This document shows, piece after piece, positions 58,762 through 64,000 of a DNA stretch of 64,000 nucleotides (position 1 is its first letter; each line of letters opens with the position of its first letter). This DNA is from an uncultured Eubacteriales bacterium (GTDB taxonomy: Bacteria; Acidobacteriota; Aminicenantia; Aminicenantales; CALLJL01), in NCBI GenBank assembly GCA_964627255.1, contig CAZVIN010000004.1, positions 504-64,503 on the forward strand. The letters run 5' to 3'. Under the pieces are notes generated by a model that was not told the DNA's origin, did not search any database, and saw nothing but the letters and a program-made list of their open reading frames with translations. The translations under genes and the position numbers were made by a program.

Positions 58762-59505
58762 ATGGAAATACTGCGGTTAGAAAAAGTCTCTCTTCAGCTC
58801 GAAGGAAGACAAATCCTGAATGACTTGAGCCTTTCGGTAAAAGAGGGAACGATTCATTCTATCCTCGGAGCTAATGCCGCTGGTAAATCAAGTTTGGCTT
58901 ACTGTTTGATGGGTAGTCCTGAATACTTTCCCCAAAAAGGGAAAATTTATTTCTTGAGCCAAGATATAACTCATATGCTTATTTATGAAAGAGCTAAATT
59001 GGGCCTCACCCTTGCCTGGCAAGAGCCGGCTCGTTTCGAGGGCTTAACGGTTAAAGATTATATTGCCGTGGGCATGCCAGATAAAGATGAAAGAAAAATA
59101 GAAGAGGCTCTTTATAAAGTTCTTTTAGAGCCAAAAAATTATCTTGCTCGCCCAATTGACCGCACCTTGAGTGGAGGGGAAAGAAAAAGAATCGAGCTGG
59201 CCGCAGTTTTGGCCATGAAGCCGAAGCTGGCTATTCTGGATGAGCCAGACTCAGGAATTGATATTTTGGCCCTAGATTATATCGTGGAAGTTATAAGGGA
59301 GTTAAAGGCGGCCGGTACCACCGTGCTCCTTATTACCCATCGAGAAGAAGTGGCTGAAATCGCCGATAAGACTTCCCTAATCTGTTCAGGTTTTATTGTC
59401 AAGGAAGGTTCTCCCGAAGAGGTAGGCAAATATTTTAGGGAAAAATGTATCCCTTGCCCTACCCGCCTTTATCCGGCTGAAGAAGAAAAAATAACTGGAG
59501 GATAA
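58762..59505 (+). CDS. sufC: SufC-like Fe-S cluster assembly ATPase (ABC ATPase).
   Basis: Walker A GANAAGKSS. LSGGERKRIELAAVL (SufC-type signature with an embedded E/K). Walker B LAILDEPDSGIDILAL (D-loop typical of SufC). Confidence 0.7.
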   Translation: MEILRLEKVSLQLEGRQILNDLSLSVKEGTIHSILGANAAGKSSLAYCLMGSPEYFPQKGKIYFLSQDITHMLIYERAKLGLTLAWQEPARFEGLTVKDYIAVGMPDKDERKIEEALYKVLLEPKNYLARPIDRTLSGGERKRIELAAVLAMKPKLAILDEPDSGIDILALDYIVEVIRELKAAGTTVLLITHREEVAEIADKTSLICSGFIVKEGSPEEVGKYFREKCIPCPTRLYPAEEEKITGG

Positions 59506-59507
59506 TC

Positions 59508-60443
59508 ATGCAAGATTATGAATATATGCTGGCGGCTTATGAAGAGGCAGGCGGCAAACCTTCAATTTTTAAAGATTCTAAAATTGCCCATTTGGTAGTC
59601 CATAAGAATAAAGTTATCGGCCATCATTTAGTGCCGGGTCTTATCCTACACCCAGAGGAAACAGTTTCTGGCGTCAATATTAATTTAACGATAGAAAAAG
59701 GCGTCAGGATAGAAAATCCCGTTCATCTGTGTTTTGGCGTTCTGCCCAAAGAAGGAATTCAAGAGATTAATATCAAGGCCCGAATTGAAGATGGGGCTGG
59801 GGTAAAGCTTTTAGCTCATTGTGTCTTCCCTAATGCCGTCAAGGTTAGACATCAAATGATGGCCGAGATAGAAGTGGGAGATAACGCCTTTTATGAATAC
59901 AATGAAGTTCATTACCATGGTGAAACAGGAGGAATAGAAGTTGTGCCCAAAGCTCAAGTTTCTGTAGGTCAAGACAGTTTTTTTAGCACCAATTTTTCTC
60001 TCCTCAAAGGAAGGGTTGGCCTCTTTGACCTCGACTATGAGGTACATGTTCAGAAGGGGTCGAGTCTTTCGATGGTGGCAAAAATTTATGGCTACGGCGA
60101 AGACCGCATCAGAATCAAGGAAGCTGGTTGGCTCGAGGGAGAAAGAGCCCGCGGCGTGATTAAAAGCCGAATTGCCGTTAGAGATAGAGCAATCAGTGAA
60201 ATAATTAATGAGCTTACAGCCGCTGCGGCCGAAGCTCGAGGGCATGTGGATTGTCTGGAGATTATCCAGGGAGAAGCCCAGGCAAAGGCGATTCCCATAG
60301 TCAATGTTACCCATGAGCTGGCTCGCGTTACCCATGAAGCCGCCATAGGTCGGGTGGATAAAAAACAAATTCAGACGCTCATGGCCAGAGGATTAAGAGA
60401 AGAAGAAGCCATTGATTTGGTGGTAAAAGGTATGCTCAAATGA
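59508..60443 (+). CDS. sufB: Short SufB/SufD-family protein (minimal SUF scaffold).
   Basis: C-terminal ..GHVDCLEIIQGEAQAKAIPIVNVTHELARVTHEAAIGRVDKKQIQTLMARGLREEEAIDLVVKGML matches the SufB/D beta-helix C-terminus (..HEA..G.ID..QLFYL..RGI..EEA..LIV.GF). Immediately follows sufC. Confidence 0.65.
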   Translation: MQDYEYMLAAYEEAGGKPSIFKDSKIAHLVVHKNKVIGHHLVPGLILHPEETVSGVNINLTIEKGVRIENPVHLCFGVLPKEGIQEINIKARIEDGAGVKLLAHCVFPNAVKVRHQMMAEIEVGDNAFYEYNEVHYHGETGGIEVVPKAQVSVGQDSFFSTNFSLLKGRVGLFDLDYEVHVQKGSSLSMVAKIYGYGEDRIRIKEAGWLEGERARGVIKSRIAVRDRAISEIINELTAAAAEARGHVDCLEIIQGEAQAKAIPIVNVTHELARVTHEAAIGRVDKKQIQTLMARGLREEEAIDLVVKGMLK

Positions 60444-60976
60444 AGAGCCGGTTAAAATTAGGTCAAGAAAATAAACTCATAGTAATGAAATATGCTCTTA
60501 TGGGGATAAATACAGGATCAGGTTAAGAGAAAATTATTGAGGGCCAGGCCAATTCGAAGGATTAGAACGGAAAGACTGAATTGGGACGATGTGTCAATAT
60601 TGCGGTAATACCGGTCTTTGTTATTTTCTTTTCAGTTATGGATTTGTCTGGCTAATAAAAAAGATCTCCCTTTTTCTAAAGGAGAAGAAGCTTCTTTCCT
60701 GGAGGTTTAGGTTTAAAACAAAAAATTTATAATAGGGCAAAGAATTTTGAGAAACAATCAATTTAAAGGAGATCATTCTAATAGGTTTCAAACTAAAAGG
60801 AGGGTTAAAGACTTAGCTAAAAAGAGGCAAGAAACCTCCTTATTAGTGACGAAAAGCCAAAGGAGCGCTGAAATAATCATCAGACTTTCATGATGCAGAA
60901 TTAAATTCAGGGAAGCTGGCGTATGGTTTGATTGACTTACAGATTGGCTGATTGATTGGGATATTGTGGTGAGAGG

Positions 60977-61030
<54 letters not shown>

Positions 61031-61075
61031 AGCAAATTGATTGATTGGCCAAAAGTTAAAAAAGGAGAGCGCTAA

Positions 61076-61384
61076 ATGATAAGTGTTATCTTAAAACAGC
61101 TAGCCAAATTCTCCGCTGAGGGACACACCAAAATGATCTTTTATGATTCAGAGAGAATAAAAGCTCAGGTAATGGGGTTCGAGCCGGGGCAGCAAATTCC
61201 TCCTTGCCGGATGGACCACGATGTTATGTTCGTAGTTCTGGAAGGAGAAGGAAAAATCATCGTTAATGGCGAAGAGGAGGCGGTAGAAAAAACATCTTGG
61301 GTTTTTGTGCCCAAGGAAAAGGAAACTCGTTCCCTTAAAGCCGAGACAAAAATGATTGTCCTATCCATTCAATTAAAGTTTTAG
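61076..61384 (+). CDS. Cupin-domain protein (cupin_2).
   Basis: 102 aa with the small beta-barrel cupin pattern (..GFEPGQQIPPCRMDHDVMFVVLEGEGKIIVNGEE..). Confidence 0.6.
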   Translation: MISVILKQLAKFSAEGHTKMIFYDSERIKAQVMGFEPGQQIPPCRMDHDVMFVVLEGEGKIIVNGEEEAVEKTSWVFVPKEKETRSLKAETKMIVLSIQLKF

Positions 61385-61388
61385 CCTT

Positions 61389-61868
61389 ATGTTTGTTTTA
61401 ACCATCTGGATTCTGGCCGGTTTGCTCTTAGCCCTTTCTTTATTCAAGAGTAAGGAAAAAACGGCCGCTTCGCTTCTGACTTCGTGGAAATTCTTTCGCT
61501 CGCTGGCCTTGCCTGTTCTCCTTACTATCTGGGTCATTGGCTTCCTTTTAACCTTTCTTTCGCCCGAGCTCATCTCCAGAGTATTGGGACAAAATTTGGG
61601 CTGGCGGGGAACCGTCCTGGCCGCTCTTTTTGGCTCAGTCGTTTTGATTCAGGCTTTCATTGCTTTTCCCTTAGCTGGCTCGTTACTCCGGCAGGGAGCC
61701 AGTGTAAGTGCCATTGCCGCTTTTGTTACTACCCTGGTGATGGTCGGCGTTATCACCGCACCGCTGGAGATAAAGTTTTTTGGGAAAAAATTCACCCTCT
61801 GGAGAAACCTCCTCAGTTTTGTTTTCGCCCTTATAATCGCCCTGATCATGGGAGCTCGCCTCGGATGA
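61389..61868 (+). CDS. Permease, DUF318/ArsP-like family, N-terminal half (subunit A of a split two-component permease).
   Basis: 159 aa with 4 TM helices. Its stop overlaps the next start in ATGA, which indicates translational coupling. Confidence 0.6.
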   Translation: MFVLTIWILAGLLLALSLFKSKEKTAASLLTSWKFFRSLALPVLLTIWVIGFLLTFLSPELISRVLGQNLGWRGTVLAALFGSVVLIQAFIAFPLAGSLLRQGASVSAIAAFVTTLVMVGVITAPLEIKFFGKKFTLWRNLLSFVFALIIALIMGARLG

Positions 61869-62371
61869 AAAAAATATTGACCGCTAAAAACTTAATTTTA
61901 TTGCTTGGCCTGGCCACAATTATCGTTTATCTTTTCAACCACGAGCAAGCTTTCTCCATCCTTCTTATGGCTAAAAACTACTTAATTGAGATGCTTTCAG
62001 TGCTACCACCAATCGTTGTTCTCATCGGCCTTTTTCAGGTCTGGGTTCCTCGCCAAACGGTGGAGAAAGCCATGGGAAGTTCCTCCGGCTTGAGGGGGAT
62101 TCTTATGGCCATTCTTGTGGGGACAGTGGCTATGGGACCTCTTTACGCAGCTTTTCCCCTGGGGATTTCGCTTCTCGAAAAAGGAGCCAGTTTGTTCAAT
62201 GTGGCCGTCTTTCTTTGCGTCTGGGCCTCAATTAAAATTCCTATGATTTTATTTGAAATCAAATTCCTCGGCCTTGATTTTGCTGGGCTGAGGCTGGCCT
62301 TAACTCTTCCCAGCATCATTATGATCAGTTTCTTTCTAACCCTAATTCTTGAGAAGGAGAGGAAGATATGA
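61865..62371 (+). CDS. Permease, DUF318/ArsP-like family, C-terminal half (subunit B).
   Basis: Starts MKKILTAKNLILLLGLATIIVY.. (internal Met of track ORF 61484-62371, whose 5' part overlaps subunit A out of frame). 4 TM helices. ATGA overlap with the downstream thioredoxin gene. Confidence 0.55.
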   Translation: MKKILTAKNLILLLGLATIIVYLFNHEQAFSILLMAKNYLIEMLSVLPPIVVLIGLFQVWVPRQTVEKAMGSSSGLRGILMAILVGTVAMGPLYAAFPLGISLLEKGASLFNVAVFLCVWASIKIPMILFEIKFLGLDFAGLRLALTLPSIIMISFFLTLILEKERKI

Positions 62372-62808
62372 GGCGAAGAGCCGTAATTACCAGTATCGTC
62401 CTTTTTTCCCTTTTTACCCTGACCTGTGGCCAGAAAGACAAACTAACAGATAATAATGGAACAATGGCCCGCTCCGACTCAGACCAAGACAACCTCATTG
62501 TCATCGGCCAGCTTAACCTGGATTTCTCCAAGTTCAAAGTAACCTTCATTGAACTAGGTGCTGACCGCTGTATCCCCTGCCGGGCCATGCAGCCAATTAT
62601 GAGGGAGATTGCCAAGGAGTTTAAAGGACAGGTCCAGGTTGTTTTTTATGATGTCTGGAAGGACCCACGACCGGCTCGAATTTATGGCATCCAGCTCATC
62701 CCGACGCAAGTTTTCATTGATCAGGAGGGCAAGGAATTTTTCCGCCATGTCGGTTTTTTCCCGAAAGAGGAGGTTTTAAAAGTGCTTCGGCAGAAAGGGG
62801 TCCAATAA
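62368..62808 (+). CDS. Thioredoxin-fold lipoprotein (TlpA/redox-active disulfide protein-like), CxxC.
   Basis: Lipobox ..LFTLTCGQ. CIPC active-site motif in a thioredoxin-like context (..FIELGADRCIPCRAMQP..). Confidence 0.65.
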   Translation: MRRRAVITSIVLFSLFTLTCGQKDKLTDNNGTMARSDSDQDNLIVIGQLNLDFSKFKVTFIELGADRCIPCRAMQPIMREIAKEFKGQVQVVFYDVWKDPRPARIYGIQLIPTQVFIDQEGKEFFRHVGFFPKEEVLKVLRQKGVQ

Positions 62809-62822
62809 ACAGAGAAAGAAGA

Positions 62823-63512
62823 ATGATGGAGCGCTGGTTCGGTGACCTCCAGCAGTTAATCCAGCATAATCCGTGGTTAGCCATGGTTGCTGTTTTTCTG
62901 GGTGGAGTTATGACTGCTTCCAATCCCTGTGTCCTGGCCATGGTCCCGCTTATTATTAGTTTTGTTGCTGGCAAAAAGGGCTCGATTACGGTAAAAAAGT
63001 CATTCCTTTTTTCCCTTCAGTTCATCCTGGGTCTTTCCATCACGTTTACTGTTCTCGGCCTTATCTCGGGTTTACTGGGGAGAATGTTTGGCGATGTGGG
63101 TGTTTTCTGGCGATATGCGGTAGTGGTCGTCTGTTTCATAATGGGCGTCCATCTTTTAGGTTTTTTTAAAATAAATTTCCCCGTTCCGAAGGCTTTAAAC
63201 GCCGAAAAGGTTGAAACCTTAGGAGCCTTTCTTTTAGGCCTCCTCTTTGGCGCGGTCTCCACTCCGTGCGCTGTGCCTATTTTAGCCGTGCTTCTGGCGT
63301 TCGTGGCGAGCCGAGGCAACTTAGCCTATGGCGCTTTTCTCCTTTTTATTTACGCCTTAGGTCATTCCTTTCTTATTCTGGTGGCGGGCACCTCCATGGG
63401 CGCAGCCAAGAAATTGATCGAGTCAAGAGGCCTTCGCCAAACAAGTTTAATCCTTCAGAAAGCCGCGGGGGTAATAATTCTTCTGGTGGGTTTTTATTTT
63501 TTATTATTTTGA
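62823..63512 (+). CDS. ccdA: Cytochrome c-type biogenesis/thiol-disulfide transporter CcdA (DsbD transmembrane core).
   Basis: 229 aa, 6 TM helices, with the two conserved Cys in ..MTASNPCVLAMVPL.. and ..VSTPCAVPIL.. Confidence 0.8.
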   Translation: MMERWFGDLQQLIQHNPWLAMVAVFLGGVMTASNPCVLAMVPLIISFVAGKKGSITVKKSFLFSLQFILGLSITFTVLGLISGLLGRMFGDVGVFWRYAVVVVCFIMGVHLLGFFKINFPVPKALNAEKVETLGAFLLGLLFGAVSTPCAVPILAVLLAFVASRGNLAYGAFLLFIYALGHSFLILVAGTSMGAAKKLIESRGLRQTSLILQKAAGVIILLVGFYFLLF

Positions 63513-63530
63513 AATAAGGAGGATTATTCC

Positions 63531-64000
63531 ATGAGAGGTAAATCTGTCGGCTTCATAGGAGCGGGAAGAGTTACCCGGCTCCTTTTAGAAGGATTTAGAA
63601 AAGGCGGCGTTAGTTTTTCGCCGCTTCTGGCAAGCGATATTAAGCCCGAGCCATTACAAAAACTTAAAGAAATTTTTCCAGCCATAGAGATTTCCCTCAA
63701 TGATAATCGCCCGGCGGCTTCAGCTGACCTTGTCTTTTTGGCTCTCCATCCGCCGGCCTTGCTGGAGGTTCTAAAAGAAATTAAAAACTCCTTGCAGCCC
63801 GCTTCAATTCTAATTTCTTTGGCTCCCAAAATAACTATATCCAAAATATTGGATATGTTAAAGGGTTTTTCCAGAATTGCGAGAATGATTCCCAATGCCT
63901 CTTCAATAGTTAACTCGGGATATAATCCAGTTGTCTTTGGTCCTGGCCTGAGCCAGCAAGAGAGAGATGAACTGCGTTCTTTATTTTCTGTTTTGGGTGA
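63531..64000 (+). CDS. proC: Pyrroline-5-carboxylate reductase, 3'-truncated by the window edge.
   Basis: MRGKSVGFIGAGRVTRLL.. is an NAD(P)-binding GxGxxG N-terminus. ..RMIPNASSIVNSGYNPVVFGPGLSQQERDELRSLFSVLG matches the ProC pattern (..MPNTP..V..G.T.L......S.E....V..LF...G). Confidence 0.7.
   Translation, partial: MRGKSVGFIGAGRVTRLLLEGFRKGGVSFSPLLASDIKPEPLQKLKEIFPAIEISLNDNRPAASADLVFLALHPPALLEVLKEIKNSLQPASILISLAPKITISKILDMLKGFSRIARMIPNASSIVNSGYNPVVFGPGLSQQERDELRSLFSVLG

Noticed and set aside
61484-62371. 295-aa ORF as a single long permease gene.
   Set aside because: Its first 127 codons overlap the well-formed permease-A ORF (61389-61868) in another frame and encode a Cys/Arg-rich non-membrane sequence. 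The real gene most likely starts at the internal ATG 61865 (MKKILTAKN..), which forms an ATGA overlap with the upstream stop.

Overview
The window is a 64-kb contig segment with about 45% GC and TGA used as a stop codon (standard bacterial code). It most likely comes from an anaerobic, polysaccharide-degrading bacterium; the sulfatase-rich content, the anaerobic sulfatase maturase and the minimal SUF system would fit a PVC-type, Latescibacteria-like or Acidobacteria-like lineage, but the phylum cannot be determined from sequence alone. The first 3.2 kb is an IS-scarred region: a 5'-truncated IS256-family transposase, a UroD-like gene, a decayed 2Fe-2S ferredoxin pseudogene, and a second IS right-end remnant. 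Positions 3.4-45 kb are one large secreted degradative locus for sulfated glycans or glycoproteins. It holds an outer-membrane beta-barrel, two paralogous LamG-domain proteins of unknown function, four Cys-type sulfatases (one internally deleted) with an adjacent anaerobic sulfatase-maturating radical-SAM enzyme, GH31 with a PA14 domain, GH95, GH27 and a trehalase/GH63-like hydrolase. It also holds several uncharacterized putative glycoside hydrolases, two S9 DPP-IV-like peptidases, an M1 and an M28 aminopeptidase, and a pair of gene-fragment remnants (a pepP 5' end and a duplicated sulfatase 5' end). Positions 45-56 kb are housekeeping: an OCD-family enzyme, L-serine dehydratase, a third IS remnant, MscS, EtfAB, and yceD-rpmF-plsX-fabG-acpP-fabF. 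Positions 57-64 kb carry a redox/Fe-S module: a near-consensus sigma70 promoter, an MvhD-like protein, a 2x[4Fe-4S] ferredoxin, an ArsD-like protein, SufC and a short SufB/D. Downstream of it sit a (GATA)10 microsatellite, then a cupin, a split DUF318 permease, a thioredoxin, CcdA and proC. No tRNA, rRNA or CRISPR was seen. The most novel candidates are the LamG paralog pair and the other unassigned secreted proteins of the glycan locus, the MvhD/ArsD-like/SufCB cluster, and the phase-variation-type SSR.
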